Below the pieces are notes generated by a model, which had not been told where the DNA came from, did no database searches, and saw only the letters and a list, made by a program, of their open reading frames with translations. The position numbers and the translations under genes are program-made. From Patescibacteria group bacterium (GTDB lineage Bacteria > Patescibacteriota > Microgenomatia > CAYGWK01), in assembly GCA_049322615.1 (NCBI GenBank), contig JBMORX010000010.1:25416-89415 (forward strand): a stretch of DNA of 64,000 nucleotides, read 5' to 3'. Shown here in pieces: positions 1 to 10,943 of this stretch (within the stretch, counting starts at the first letter, position 1; the number at the start of each line of letters is the position of its first letter).

Positions 1-79
1 CGAAAATAATTTTAAAAACCTTAGCTCAATTCAAAACGCCAAAGGTGGCGATTTGGTTTTTTAAAACTGCCTGGAATTT

Positions 80-997
80 TTGGAGGTGGACCAAATGAAA
101 GCAAGCGTGATTATTCCCGCTTACAATGCCCAAAAAACCATTAAAGACTTGCTTGCCTCGCTTGTTTCTCAAGATTATCCTCAAAAGGATTATGAGGTAA
201 TTGTCGTTGATGATGGCTCCAAAGATAATTTAAAATTGAAACTGGAAATTAAAAATTTAATTTTTCTGCAACAGAAACATCAGGGAGCGGGAGCGGCACG
301 GAATTTGGGGGCGAAAAAAGCCCAAGGTGAGATTTTGGTTTTTACGGATAGCGATTGTCTGATTCCCAAAGACTGGGTAAAAAATCACTTCAAAAGTCAG
401 GAAAAATATAAAGATTTTGGGATTATTGGTGGGGGAGTCAAAAAACCCAAGGAAGGAACTTATCTGGCTTGGGCTGATTTTCTCTCTTCTTGGTTTAATG
501 CCCATGAAGATTTGCCCAAACAGGAGGTTAAGGAATATCTTCCTAGCTTAAACATAAGTGTTAAAAAGGAGGTGTTTGAAGAACTTGGTGGTTTTTGGGA
601 GAAAAAATTAACTGGCGAAGATGTTGATTTTTGTTTTCGCGGCCGTCAAAGAGGAGTTAAAATTTTATTTGAGCCTGCCTTGGCTGTCTGGCATCAAGCC
701 CCAACTTTTCAGGGTTTCTTAAAACATAACTTCAATTGGGGTTATCACGCCTCATTTGTCCGCGGACAACATCAAGCTTTGAGTTTTCATTGGCTCCTTT
801 CTGGCGGTTTTTTTAAGGCTTTAATTTTATTTTTGCCCCTTGTTTGCGGGTATACTCTCTATTTGCTTATCCGTTGGTGGCGCTATCAACCCCTAAGATT
901 TATTCTCTGTTTGCCTTTAATTTTTTTCGGCAAGACAAGCTATGCTTTAGGTGTCTTGGTTGGTTCTTGGCAGAAATCATTGAAGAAAAATGATTAG
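80..997 (+). CDS. Glycosyltransferase family 2
   Basis: N-terminal VIIPAYNAQKTIKDLLASL...YEVIVVDDGSKDN is a classic GT2 (GT-A) motif; C-terminal TM helices. Confidence 0.8.
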   Translation: MEVDQMKASVIIPAYNAQKTIKDLLASLVSQDYPQKDYEVIVVDDGSKDNLKLKLEIKNLIFLQQKHQGAGAARNLGAKKAQGEILVFTDSDCLIPKDWVKNHFKSQEKYKDFGIIGGGVKKPKEGTYLAWADFLSSWFNAHEDLPKQEVKEYLPSLNISVKKEVFEELGGFWEKKLTGEDVDFCFRGRQRGVKILFEPALAVWHQAPTFQGFLKHNFNWGYHASFVRGQHQALSFHWLLSGGFFKALILFLPLVCGYTLYLLIRWWRYQPLRFILCLPLIFFGKTSYALGVLVGSWQKSLKKND

Positions 998-2072
998 TAA
1001 AGTCTTAAAAACAGCGCTTGTCAGCTCTCTTTTTGGCTGGCAACAACCGAAACATCTTATCTTCCATGTCACCAGTCGTTGTAATGCCCGCTGTGGAATG
1101 TGTTTTGTCTGGAAGAGATTGAACAAAAATAAGGATTTGACTCTTGAGGAAATTGAAAAAATTGCCAAAATCTTACCTGGTCTTATTTTTCTCGATATCT
1201 CCGGTGGCGAACCCTTTTTACGAGATGATTTAACCCAAATTCTGGCTATTTTTGAAAAAGAAAGCCCGGGTGTTTATGTTAATCTTCCCACCAATGGTCT
1301 AATGCCGGAAAGAATCGAAAAAGAAACCCGGAAAATTTTGCGGGAAACAGATCTATCAATTTCTCTTAATCTTTCTTTAGATGGACTGGAAAAGACTCAC
1401 GATGAAATAAGAGGAGTGAAGGGAAATTTTGAGAAGGTTTTGCAAACCTACCGTCGGCTGGCTCAAGTGAAGAAAGAAAATCCCCGCCTTTCTTTAAAAG
1501 TAGCCACCGTTGTCTCTAAACTAAACTTTCATGAGCTTGAGGGTCTGGCTGATTTTGTCAAAAGGGAAATGAAAGAGATTGATTTTCAAACCTTAATCTT
1601 AGTGAGGGGAGAACCAGCGGATAAAAGTTTTACTTTGCCTCCGCTTGAGGAGTTGAAAAAGCAACAATCAACCTTTTTTGAGATTTGGCAAAATTATGGT
1701 TATGGGAAAAATCTTGGTTGGTTTGGCTCAAAAGTGGCTAATTCCTCTCATCGTTTCCTTTTTCATCTTTATCTTAAAACCCTAAAAGAAAAGAAAATGT
1801 CCTTACCTTGTTTAGCCGGCAATGCCCATGTCGTTGTCTTTGCCAACGGAGATTTGTCTTTTTGCGAACTGCGCCAGCCAATCGGCAATTTGAGAAAAGT
1901 TAACTTTAACTTTTGGTCACTCTGGCAAGGAAAAGAGGCTCAAAAGCAACGCCAAGAAATTGCCCAAAACGCTTGTTTTTGTACCCATGGCTGTAACTGG
2001 ACAGATAACATTTTTTTCAGTCTCAAAACCTACCCGTTTCTTGTTCGAGAATTAATCAGAAGTTTTTGCTAA
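990..2072 (+). CDS. Radical SAM / SPASM-domain protein
   Basis: CNARCGMC (CxxxCxxC) 4Fe-4S motif near N-terminus; LSGGEPFLR; C-terminal Cys cluster CFCTHGCNW typical of an auxiliary SPASM cluster; paralog of 5710..6783. Confidence 0.75.
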   Translation: MISKVLKTALVSSLFGWQQPKHLIFHVTSRCNARCGMCFVWKRLNKNKDLTLEEIEKIAKILPGLIFLDISGGEPFLRDDLTQILAIFEKESPGVYVNLPTNGLMPERIEKETRKILRETDLSISLNLSLDGLEKTHDEIRGVKGNFEKVLQTYRRLAQVKKENPRLSLKVATVVSKLNFHELEGLADFVKREMKEIDFQTLILVRGEPADKSFTLPPLEELKKQQSTFFEIWQNYGYGKNLGWFGSKVANSSHRFLFHLYLKTLKEKKMSLPCLAGNAHVVVFANGDLSFCELRQPIGNLRKVNFNFWSLWQGKEAQKQRQEIAQNACFCTHGCNWTDNIFFSLKTYPFLVRELIRSFC

Positions 2073-2084
2073 AATGGTCTAAAA

Positions 2085-4835
2085 ATGAAAAGGATTTTGT
2101 CCATATTGGGACATTTATTGGCTTTAGGAGTGATTCTTTTATTTTGGTTTCCAATTGCCAAATCTTATTATCAGGCGGTACCGACCATTGGGGCTGATTT
2201 TTTACAATTCCCAACCTATGTCGCTTATATTAAAAACCATTTCCAGCTTCCCCCTGCTTCTTGGAAATACATTTGGTACTCTGGTTTTCCTTTAGTTTTC
2301 GATATGGCTTGGCTTCATATGTATTTGACCCTACCCCTGACTTTTTTTCTGAGTGTTGTTAATGCCTCTCGCGCTTATCTGATCTTGACGATGTTTGGAC
2401 AATTGGCTTTTTCTTATCTTTTGCTTTACGAGCTTTGCCGAAGTCGCTTTGTCTCCCTGGCGCTCACCCTCGCTCTTTCCTCCTCAGTTAATTTCTATCA
2501 TGGGCTTTGGGATGGGGGAACAGCCACTTTTTCGGCCACCCGAATGTTTCTTCCCTTAACCTTACTCTGGTTCGTCAAATATTTTAAAAGTAAAAATAAC
2601 AAATTTCTCCTTTTGTCAGGACTGATCATCGGCTTGGCGATCCTTGGCCACCCAGGCTCACTTTTTCTTATCATTCTCGGCCCGGCCGTCTTATTCTTTT
2701 TGTTTTGGCAAGATAAAGAAACTCCCCTTTTGAGCCTTAAGAAAATCTTAGGCACCATTGTTTTTACCTTAATCGGTTTTCTGATTGGCGGAGTCACTCT
2801 CTATCCAATTATCGAGCAGATTTTGACCCATCCTGGCTTTGCCCAATTCGGTCTGACGACTAAAATCCATGAAGATGCTTTAACCGGAATTTACAGCTTC
2901 AGCAATCCTTTTTTACTTTTTTTGTTTTTTCTTTTTAGCTTCTTAGTTTTCTTCAGAGGAAAGATTAGAAGAGTGCCTGAGGCGACTGCCTTTTTGATCC
3001 TTATCCTTTATGTTTTAGGTTCTTGCGTCCTTTATCTTATTGGCCATCATCCTTTATCTCAAGCTTTGGGACCGGGAAGAATTTGGTGGATTTTCTCTTT
3101 GGCTCTCGCGGGGGCAATTGCTCTTTTTTGGCAGGCTCTTTTTCCAAGTCGGGAGGGAAAATGGTGGGCGAAAAAAAATTTGCTTTCTTTTTTAAGCCTC
3201 TTGCTTTTTGTGCCTATTTTTGCTTCATTTTATCTTCCTAGCTTCAAAGAAAGACTAGATAAGATTACCGCTGAACATATGGGTTATCCTTCTAATGTTC
3301 AATTAGCAGTTATTAACGAAGACAGACAAGCAATCGAAAAAGCCATTGTTCCTTCATGGTTGAACACTCAATTAATTGATTACCGCTATTATGAAATCAG
3401 TCCCGGAGTAGAAACTTGGTGGAATTCAGTTTTTCCCCTACCCTTGGTTAAGGGTTATTATGGAATTTTTGGGGTCAAAGCGACTGACTGGCTTTATTGG
3501 GTTGATAATACGCTTTTGGGCGAGTATGTTTGGCATTTTGGCGTCCCTGAGGCGATTGCCAAAAAGCATGCTCTTTTTCTTATTGACTGGTATGCTATTC
3601 GCTATTTTGAGGGAGGAGGTTTGGCCTTGGCTGAGTATCTTGAGCAAGATCCAGGAGTGGTGGAAACCAAAACAGAAGTTAATATTGAAGCCAGTGAACC
3701 CCTCAAGCCCTATAAATTTTTTGATGAGATCACCTCGCCCATTATTCGCCCAACCAACTCACCAACGATTCTTATGGTGGGCGACACGGTCGCCTACGAT
3801 ACCTTCTTAAAGGTGTTGGCCACAGAAAACTTAAACTCGCGCTATCTTATTCCTCTTCATGGGCCGGAATATCTCGAGGATCTTTCTTCCTGGGACTTGG
3901 CAGATTTTGATGTTATTTTTCTTTACAGCTACAAATACCGTAACGAAAAAGATTTCCGTTCCCGACCTAATAGGGTTTGGGAAAAGCTTGAGGAGTATGT
4001 CCGAGCGGGGGGAAGGCTTCTGATTGAAACCGGGGAGGAGGTTATGGAATCTGATTCAAGCGCTCTTTCTTCTCGGGGTCAAGACATTCTTCCTGACGTT
4101 TTTCCGATAGAGAGAACCTTAAGAGGAGCCCTAGGAGAAAGTTGGGATTTGACCGTGACCGAGAGCCCAATTGTTGAGGGGATAGAATTTGGAAAATTTT
4201 CTCAACTTTTGTATGAAGGCTCTCCTTGGAAACTTTCTTATGCCTCAAATAGTGTTCGCCCCTGGGCGAAAACGATTTTATCTCAAGGAGGAAAGCCAAT
4301 TTTAGTTGAGGGCAAATTAGGGGAAGGGAAGGTTATCTGGAGCGGGATTAATCTTCCTTACCATTTTTTATATTATCTTAATCTAGAAGAGGGAGAATTA
4401 TTCAAAAATATTTTAGGAGAGATGGTTAGTTTAGGAAGGGAGGAAGATATTAAAACTGCTCGGGTTTGGCGAATCTCTCCGGAGAAAATTGAGGTTTCTG
4501 GAGAAAATTTTTCCGGGATAGTCTTTAAAGAGCAGGCCTATCCCGGCTGGCAAGGCAATCTTTTGGAGCCCCAAAACAAAAAACTTAAAGTTTATCGGGC
4601 TGGTCCCTATTTTATGTATTTTAAAATTCCCGAAGAGACAAAGGGAAAGATTAAAGCCAGTCTCACCTATAAAGGAGCCCCTTTGGGATGGTTATTATTT
4701 ATTATCAGCATGGAGACCATCATCTTTGTTTTCCTCGGTTTTATTTTTGAAAAAAGTCTTTCAAGGTTTATCTTAATCTTGAGCAGTAAGGTTGGAAGAA
4801 GGCTAAATACTTGGTGGGGGAAGGAGGAGGAATGA
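2085..4835 (+). CDS. Large polytopic membrane protein (916 aa); about 10 N-terminal TM helices and a large C-terminal soluble domain; possible glycosyl/oligosaccharyl-transferase-like role
   Basis: Long uninterrupted ORF with many hydrophobic stretches in the first 400 aa; sits between GT2 and rSAM genes. Confidence 0.55.
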   Translation: MKRILSILGHLLALGVILLFWFPIAKSYYQAVPTIGADFLQFPTYVAYIKNHFQLPPASWKYIWYSGFPLVFDMAWLHMYLTLPLTFFLSVVNASRAYLILTMFGQLAFSYLLLYELCRSRFVSLALTLALSSSVNFYHGLWDGGTATFSATRMFLPLTLLWFVKYFKSKNNKFLLLSGLIIGLAILGHPGSLFLIILGPAVLFFLFWQDKETPLLSLKKILGTIVFTLIGFLIGGVTLYPIIEQILTHPGFAQFGLTTKIHEDALTGIYSFSNPFLLFLFFLFSFLVFFRGKIRRVPEATAFLILILYVLGSCVLYLIGHHPLSQALGPGRIWWIFSLALAGAIALFWQALFPSREGKWWAKKNLLSFLSLLLFVPIFASFYLPSFKERLDKITAEHMGYPSNVQLAVINEDRQAIEKAIVPSWLNTQLIDYRYYEISPGVETWWNSVFPLPLVKGYYGIFGVKATDWLYWVDNTLLGEYVWHFGVPEAIAKKHALFLIDWYAIRYFEGGGLALAEYLEQDPGVVETKTEVNIEASEPLKPYKFFDEITSPIIRPTNSPTILMVGDTVAYDTFLKVLATENLNSRYLIPLHGPEYLEDLSSWDLADFDVIFLYSYKYRNEKDFRSRPNRVWEKLEEYVRAGGRLLIETGEEVMESDSSALSSRGQDILPDVFPIERTLRGALGESWDLTVTESPIVEGIEFGKFSQLLYEGSPWKLSYASNSVRPWAKTILSQGGKPILVEGKLGEGKVIWSGINLPYHFLYYLNLEEGELFKNILGEMVSLGREEDIKTARVWRISPEKIEVSGENFSGIVFKEQAYPGWQGNLLEPQNKKLKVYRAGPYFMYFKIPEETKGKIKASLTYKGAPLGWLLFIISMETIIFVFLGFIFEKSLSRFILILSSKVGRRLNTWWGKEEE

Positions 4836-5713
4836 TCAGCTGCAGCCTCGGGGTCATGGCTTACAATGAGGAAAAAAATATTGCCCGGGCCTTAGAGGCT
4901 CTTCTTTCCCAAAAACTGAAGAAAGTGAAAATAAAAGAAATCTATATCATTGCCTCAGGCTGCACTGACAGGACAATTCCGATCACTAAAAGAATCGCCA
5001 AAACCGACAAACGGATTAAACTCTTGATTCAAAAAAAACGGGAAGGAAAGTCGTCGGCCGTTAATCTATTTTTAAAGCACGCTCGGAGCAAAATTGTCGT
5101 TTTGGTCGGGGCGGATACGCTCCCTCAAGAGGATGTCGTCGAGAAATTAGTGACCCCTTTTTTAGATCCCCAGATAGGGATGACCGGGGCTCACCCCATT
5201 CCGGTTGATCCGGATAATACCTTTTTCGGTTTTGCGGCCCATCTTTTATGGGAACTGCATCATCAAGTTTCTTTAAGCTCACCTAAAATGGGGGAGATGG
5301 TGGCTTATCGGAAAGTTTTTGAGAGAATCCCTTATGCTTCGGTAGTCGATGAAGCCACGGTTGAACCCCTAATTGTGGGTCAAGGGTATAAACTTCTTTA
5401 TGTTCCTTCGGCGATTGTTTTTAACAAAGGAACAGAGAATTTAAGGGAATTTCTAAAACAACGCCGGAGAATTCATACCGGACATCTAGCTTTAATTAAA
5501 GTCCAAGGCTATAGCGTTTCTACCTTGAGCAAAAGGCGGCTGTTTTTGGCTTGGCTTAAAAGTTTTAGGTTTGAGCCAAGATTTATTTTTTGGTCACCAT
5601 TAGTGGCTTTTTTGGAGATTGTCGCCCGGCTCTTGGGGACTTATGATTTCTATTTTAAAAAAGATAAGCACACAATTTGGGAAGTCGCTTACTCAACTAA
5701 AAGATTGAAATGA
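4832..5713 (+). CDS. Glycosyltransferase family 2
   Basis: CSLGVMAYNEEKNIARALEALLSQ...IASGCTD, DXD-like VGADT; start chosen at MISCSL inside ORF 4811. Confidence 0.75.
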   Translation: MISCSLGVMAYNEEKNIARALEALLSQKLKKVKIKEIYIIASGCTDRTIPITKRIAKTDKRIKLLIQKKREGKSSAVNLFLKHARSKIVVLVGADTLPQEDVVEKLVTPFLDPQIGMTGAHPIPVDPDNTFFGFAAHLLWELHHQVSLSSPKMGEMVAYRKVFERIPYASVVDEATVEPLIVGQGYKLLYVPSAIVFNKGTENLREFLKQRRRIHTGHLALIKVQGYSVSTLSKRRLFLAWLKSFRFEPRFIFWSPLVAFLEIVARLLGTYDFYFKKDKHTIWEVAYSTKRLK

Positions 5714-6783
5714 GGCGAATACTTTTTAAAATTCCATTTTTCTGGTTTTTTTATTCTTTTGGCTGGCCCAAGGTTTTGCCGGCCAACTATACATTCAGTC
5801 TGACTTTTAAATGCAATTCTCGCTGTCTAACCTGCAATATTTGGCAAAAGAGTGAAGAGGGGGAATTAACCCAGGCAGAATGGCAGAAAATCTTTTTGGC
5901 TTTGGGTAAATCGCCTTACTGGGTAACTCTTTCTGGAGGGGAGCCATTTTTAAGAAAAGATTTAATTGAAATTGTTAAAAATCTTTGCCAAATTTGTCAG
6001 CCAAAAATAATTACTATCCCCACCAATGGAATTTCAACTGCTAAAATCCAAAAAGATGTTCAGGCAATTTTAAAAGGTTGCCCCAAGACGCGTTTAATTA
6101 TCAACCTTTCTCTAGATGGAATCGGGGAAAAACATGATCAAATAAGGGGGGTTAAAGGTAATTTTGATAAAGCAATGGCAACTTATAAAAAACTGAAAAG
6201 GATAAAATCAAGAAATTTTGTCTTAGGAATTCATACCGTTATTTCAAGAGAGAATGTTAAAGACTTTTCTGAAATCTGCGATTTTGTTTTGGACCAACTT
6301 AAGCCTGATTCATATGTGACAGAAATCGCTGAACAAAGGGTTGAACTTGAGACAATGGGTAAAGATATTACTCCTAGTCTTGAAAATTATCAAAGGGCAG
6401 TAGATTATTTAGAGCAGAAGATGAGAAGGCAAAAATTAAAGGGCTTTTTCAAATTAACTCAAGCCTTTAGATTTACTTATTATGATTTAGTTAAAAAAAT
6501 CATGGAAAAAAAAGCCCAAGTTATTCCTTGCTATGCTGGGATACTTTCTTGCCAGATAGCCTCCAATGGCGATGTTTGGCAGTGTTGTGTTCGCGCCGAT
6601 GTTTTAGGCAATTTAAAAAAAGAAAATTTTGATTTTTCAAAGATTTGGTTTTCAAAAAAAGCTGATAAAATAAGAAAATCAATCAAAAATAGAGAGTGTT
6701 ACTGCCCATTGGCTAATGCTTCCTATACTAATGTTTTAATGAGCCCAACCTCAATGACTAAAGTTATCTTTAATTTTTTTTAA
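5710..6783 (+). CDS. Radical SAM / SPASM-domain protein (paralog of 990..2072)
   Basis: CNSRCLTC motif; LSGGEPFLRKDL; PTNG; GVKGNF; C-terminal Cys-rich CQIASNGDVWQCC...CYCP. Confidence 0.75.
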   Translation: MRRILFKIPFFWFFYSFGWPKVLPANYTFSLTFKCNSRCLTCNIWQKSEEGELTQAEWQKIFLALGKSPYWVTLSGGEPFLRKDLIEIVKNLCQICQPKIITIPTNGISTAKIQKDVQAILKGCPKTRLIINLSLDGIGEKHDQIRGVKGNFDKAMATYKKLKRIKSRNFVLGIHTVISRENVKDFSEICDFVLDQLKPDSYVTEIAEQRVELETMGKDITPSLENYQRAVDYLEQKMRRQKLKGFFKLTQAFRFTYYDLVKKIMEKKAQVIPCYAGILSCQIASNGDVWQCCVRADVLGNLKKENFDFSKIWFSKKADKIRKSIKNRECYCPLANASYTNVLMSPTSMTKVIFNFF

Positions 6784-7706
6784 TGAATGTCTTAATTACC
6801 GGCGGGACAGGCTTTATTGGTAAGCATCTAGTTGATGCTTTAGTCAAAAAAGGGCACCTGGTGAAGGTTATTGCCAGAAATCCCCAAAAAGCAGAGCCAG
6901 TGAAAAAGTTGGGGGTTAGGGTTGTGATTGGCGATTTAGGAAATAAAGAGTTTTTGAAAAAAGAGCTTGAGGGAATTGAAATTGTTTATCATTTAGCGGC
7001 TATTCCAGGCCAAGCCTGGGGCATTCCTTGGGAGGAATATAAAAAGGTGAATGTTGATTTTACCAAGAATTTGCTTAAAGCAGCCGTTCAAAATAAAATT
7101 GAAAAATTTATCTTCTGCAGTTCGGTTCAAGCTGTTGATCCCTCGACTTTTTATGGCAAATCAAAACTTGAGGCAGAAAAAGAAGTTAAAAAAAGCAATT
7201 TGGAATACGTTATTGTCAGGCCTGGCGTAGTTTATGGACCAGGTGATAAGCAGGCAATTTTGCGGATTTGTCAGCTAGTTAAGAAGGGATTTTTCCCTTT
7301 GATTGGCGGAGGGAAGACAAAATTAGCGATTATTTTTATTGATGATTTAATTGATCTTTTTTTGCAATGTCTTACTTCGAAGGTAAAAAATAAAACAATT
7401 TGGGGAATTGGTGAAGAGATTACTTATAAAAACTTAGTCAAAATAATAGGCAAGGAGTTGGGCAAGCCCTGTTGGCAGGTTTTTTTACCGGCGCCATTGG
7501 TAAAAACAGTCGCTTTTCCTTTGGAGGCGATTTCCTCAATCACTGGGATTCGACCTTTGGTTACCCGAGCCCAGGTTGATTTTGTTACTTTTGGTTGGTA
7601 TTTTGCTGTTCCCAAGGAACAAAAACGAATTTGGCAGCCGAAGGCAAAGTTTGCCGAAGAAATTAAAAAAACAATTGAGTGGTATAAAGAAAATGGCTAT
7701 CTATAA
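6783..7706 (+). CDS. NAD-dependent epimerase/dehydratase (SDR family)
   Basis: MNVLITGGTGFIGKHLVDAL Rossmann GxxGxxG; YGKSK catalytic motif. Confidence 0.8.
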   Translation: MNVLITGGTGFIGKHLVDALVKKGHLVKVIARNPQKAEPVKKLGVRVVIGDLGNKEFLKKELEGIEIVYHLAAIPGQAWGIPWEEYKKVNVDFTKNLLKAAVQNKIEKFIFCSSVQAVDPSTFYGKSKLEAEKEVKKSNLEYVIVRPGVVYGPGDKQAILRICQLVKKGFFPLIGGGKTKLAIIFIDDLIDLFLQCLTSKVKNKTIWGIGEEITYKNLVKIIGKELGKPCWQVFLPAPLVKTVAFPLEAISSITGIRPLVTRAQVDFVTFGWYFAVPKEQKRIWQPKAKFAEEIKKTIEWYKENGYL

Positions 7707-8091
7707 AAAACTCCCGCTTTGGCAAAAATACAAACCCAAAATTTATGGTTTAGGAGAGGTTTATGAGCAGATTTCCGTAGAAAGAAAGAAAAAGAGATTA
7801 AAGGAAAAATTTGGGTCAGGAATTTTGTTTCTTTGTCCAAATAAAAAGCATTCTGGTAGGGGGTTAGCCCTAGAAGAACTGCAAGAAAAAGTCCGCCAGC
7901 AAAAATATCTAATTTTAACCAGTGGCTTTGTTGATTCACCACCGTGGCGATCTTCTCCTGGCAAAAGAAAAGGCTTGAAATTACCCCTTTTCTTGGCGAA
8001 AATAATTTTTTATGGCTTGAGTTTCTTGGAGTCTTTTTGGGAAGGAGAAGAAAATTCTCATATAGTTTATGTTTTAGGCAGAAAAAAGTAA
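7693..8091 (+). CDS. Hypothetical small basic protein
   Basis: ORF 7576..8091 overlaps the epimerase; internal Met at 7693 (MAIYKK) fits the gene spacing. Confidence 0.3.
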   Translation: MAIYKKLPLWQKYKPKIYGLGEVYEQISVERKKKRLKEKFGSGILFLCPNKKHSGRGLALEELQEKVRQQKYLILTSGFVDSPPWRSSPGKRKGLKLPLFLAKIIFYGLSFLESFWEGEENSHIVYVLGRKK

Positions 8092-8092
8092 G

Positions 8093-9467
8093 ATGAAAGT
8101 TTTATTGCTTCACCCCCAACTGAAAAAATATAAACAGCCCCGTCTTCCGCCTTTGGGACTTTTGTCAATTGCCGCCGTTTTGGAGAAAGAAGGACATCAG
8201 GTTTTTGTTTTGGATTTGAATGTTGAGCCTAATAACTTAGAAAGGTTTCTCAGAAAGAGATTTGATTTAGTTGGGATTACCGCAACCACTCCTTTAATCA
8301 AAGAAGCCTGGCGACTGACTAAGATTTGTAAGAGAAGAAAGTTGCCCGTAATTTTGGGCGGACCCCACCCTTCGGCTTTACCTGAAGAATCTTTAAAAAA
8401 GGGAATAGTTGATATTGTTGTTCGTCACGAGGGTGAGGAGACAATGAAAGAACTTTGTGCCAAATGGCCAAAATACCAAAAAATTGCGGGAATTTCTTAT
8501 ATTAAAAATGGGAAAGTTGTCCATAATCCTAATCGCCCCCTAATTCAAAACCTGGATAGTCTTCCTTTCCCTGCCCATCATCTTTTAGGCGATATTAGTC
8601 GCTATAGTCCCCCTCAACCTGTTTTAACTAAACAGAAAAAAACTTTGACCTTGATTTCTTCCCGCGGTTGTCCTTATCATTGTAATTACTGCTACAAGGG
8701 TGTTTTTGGCGATCGCTGGCGAGCCCACAGCCCGGAATATATTTTAAATCTTTGGGAATATTTGGTTAAGGAATTTGGGGTCGAAGAAATCGGAGTGGAA
8801 GACGATACTTTTAATCTAGACCCAAAAAGAGTCGAGGCAATTTGTGCTGGTTTGGGCAAAAGAAAAAATTAAAACTTCCTGGACCACCGCCCAGGGATTA
8901 AGGGCGGATAGAATCACCAAAGGCCTTTTAGTGAAAATGAAAAAAACTGGTTTTTATCGAACAGGCTTTGGGATTGAATCAGGCAGCCAAGAAATGGTTG
9001 ACAAAATCGGCAAAAATTTGAATTTAGCCAAGGTCCCCGAAGTCATTTCTTTCTGTAGAAACCTGGGGATAGAATCTATTGGTTATTTTATGATCGGTAA
9101 CGCTGGCGAAAACAAAAGGACGATGGAGGAAACGATTGATTACGCCATTAAGCTTGACCCAGATATTGCTCATTTTACTATTGCCACCCCCTTACCTGGT
9201 AGCCCCCTTTATGACCAGGTAAAAAAAGAAGGAAAACTGCTGATTACTGATTGGGATCTTTATGGTTATACCCAAGGCAGGTGTTATTTTGAGATGGGTG
9301 AGGTAAAAAAGGAGCTGGTGGAGAGGATGTGGCGAAAGGCTTATCGCCAATTCTACTTACGTCCTGCAGTGATTAAACGATTTTTAACCAGAAAAGAGAC
9401 GTGGCTTAACCTCCCCAAAATGGTTCAAGCTAGTCTTTCTTATCTGGGTATACGAAAGGAAACTTAA
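8093..9467 (+). pseudogene. B12-binding-domain radical SAM protein, split by a frameshift near 8840-8880 (two ORFs 8093..8872 and 8844..9467)
   Basis: N-terminal part has a B12-binding-like fold and SRGCPYHCNYC; the second ORF continues the homology (GFGIESGSQEM as in the two paralogs); the frameshift sits at the A-run gggcaaaagaaaaaatt. Confidence 0.6.
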
Positions 9468-10939
9468 TGGCGGATATCGTTTTAGTTCAACCAGTGGTGG
9501 GTCTTTTAGATAATATTAAGACGGCTCCTGGTTTGCCCCTCTCCCTTCTTTCGGCAGCTAAGTTGGTATCCAAGGAATTTAAGGTTAAGATTATTGACCA
9601 AAGGCTGGATTTTGCCTGGAGAGAAACCCTGAAAAAAGAATTGAAAAAGAAGCCTTTGTTGGTGGGGACAACGGCGATGCTTGGGCCGCAGGTTGAATTT
9701 GCCAGGATGGTTGGGGAGGAGGCAAAAAAGATAAATCCAGAAATCCCGGTAGTTTGGGGCGGACCCCATCCCTCTGTTTTGCCTGAGCAAACTCTTCAAG
9801 ATGAAACAGTGGATATCATTGTTGAGGGCGATGGGGAAGAGACGTTTTTAAAGCTGGCTCGGGGTTTGAAAAAAAAGAAATCTTTAAAAGCAATTCCTGG
9901 TCTTTATTTCAAAAAAGGAAACAAGGTGATTTACACCCGGCAGGCACCCCTAGTTGATTTAAATAAAATGCCGGATATTCCCTATGAGTTAGTTGATGTT
10001 TATCAATACTTGCCAAGAAGGGGAAAAGTGACGGCTTTGGATATGGAAACTTCTCGGGGTTGTCCTTATCGGTGTCGTTTTTGTTACAATCCCTTTTTTA
10101 ATCGCGGTCGCTGGCGGGCTTTAAAAGCGGAAATAGTTTTGGCAAGGATAAGGAAAATTGTTGAGAAATACAAAATTAAGGGGATTTGGTTTATTGATGA
10201 TGAATTTTTTATTGATCTTAAAAGAGCCAGAGAGATCATTGAGGGGTTGATAGAATTAAATCTTCACTGGACAATTCAGGGTGTAACTGCCAATTCGGTG
10301 CTAAGGATGGATGATAGTTTTTTGTCTTTGTTGGAGAAATCGGGTTGTGAACAATTAAATATTGGGGCTGAGTCAGGATCATTGCGGATTTTAAAAATGG
10401 TGGAAAAAGGCATTACTCCTCAAGATATTTTAAGGGTTAATCGCAAGCTTAAGCCCTACAAAATTATGCCCTGGTTTTATTTTATGATTGGCTTCCCTCA
10501 AGAAACGAAAACAGATGTTCACAAAACAATTAACCTCGTTCTTCGCTTACTTAAAGAAAACCCCAGGGCGAAAGTTTCCGGGATTGGCTGTTTTACTCCC
10601 TATCCGGGGACATCTCTTTTTGAGGAAGCGAAAAAAGAGGGTTTTGTGCCCCCCAAAGATCTTCTTGGTTGGCGGACTTTTTCGGTTGACCAAATTAATG
10701 TCCCTTGGTTAAAAGGGGAGAAAAAAGCAATGGTAGAAGCGGTTCAGTTCGCCTCCTTTTTTGTTGACGAAAAAGCCCGCGATGTGGCTTCTTCACTTTT
10801 GGTCAGACTGATTGCCGAGCTTTATCGACCCATCGCTCATTGGCGCCTAAAACGGAAGTTTTGGGGTTTACCTTTTGATGTTATGATTGGCAACCGGATT
10901 AAAAAAGAATTGGCTAAAAGGAGGATTTCCGTTTTTTAA
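9467..10939 (+). CDS. B12-binding-domain radical SAM protein (class B rSAM, methyltransferase-like)
   Basis: SRGCPYRCRFCYNP; N-terminal Rossmann-like B12-binding region; ATG overlaps the upstream stop (TAATG). Confidence 0.75.
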   Translation: MADIVLVQPVVGLLDNIKTAPGLPLSLLSAAKLVSKEFKVKIIDQRLDFAWRETLKKELKKKPLLVGTTAMLGPQVEFARMVGEEAKKINPEIPVVWGGPHPSVLPEQTLQDETVDIIVEGDGEETFLKLARGLKKKKSLKAIPGLYFKKGNKVIYTRQAPLVDLNKMPDIPYELVDVYQYLPRRGKVTALDMETSRGCPYRCRFCYNPFFNRGRWRALKAEIVLARIRKIVEKYKIKGIWFIDDEFFIDLKRAREIIEGLIELNLHWTIQGVTANSVLRMDDSFLSLLEKSGCEQLNIGAESGSLRILKMVEKGITPQDILRVNRKLKPYKIMPWFYFMIGFPQETKTDVHKTINLVLRLLKENPRAKVSGIGCFTPYPGTSLFEEAKKEGFVPPKDLLGWRTFSVDQINVPWLKGEKKAMVEAVQFASFFVDEKARDVASSLLVRLIAELYRPIAHWRLKRKFWGLPFDVMIGNRIKKELAKRRISVF

Positions 10940-10943
10940 AAAA

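Noticed and set aside
7576-8091. 171-aa ORF start at 7576
   Set aside because: The first 39 codons overlap the epimerase gene in another frame; an internal Met at 7693 is the more plausible start, if the gene is real at all
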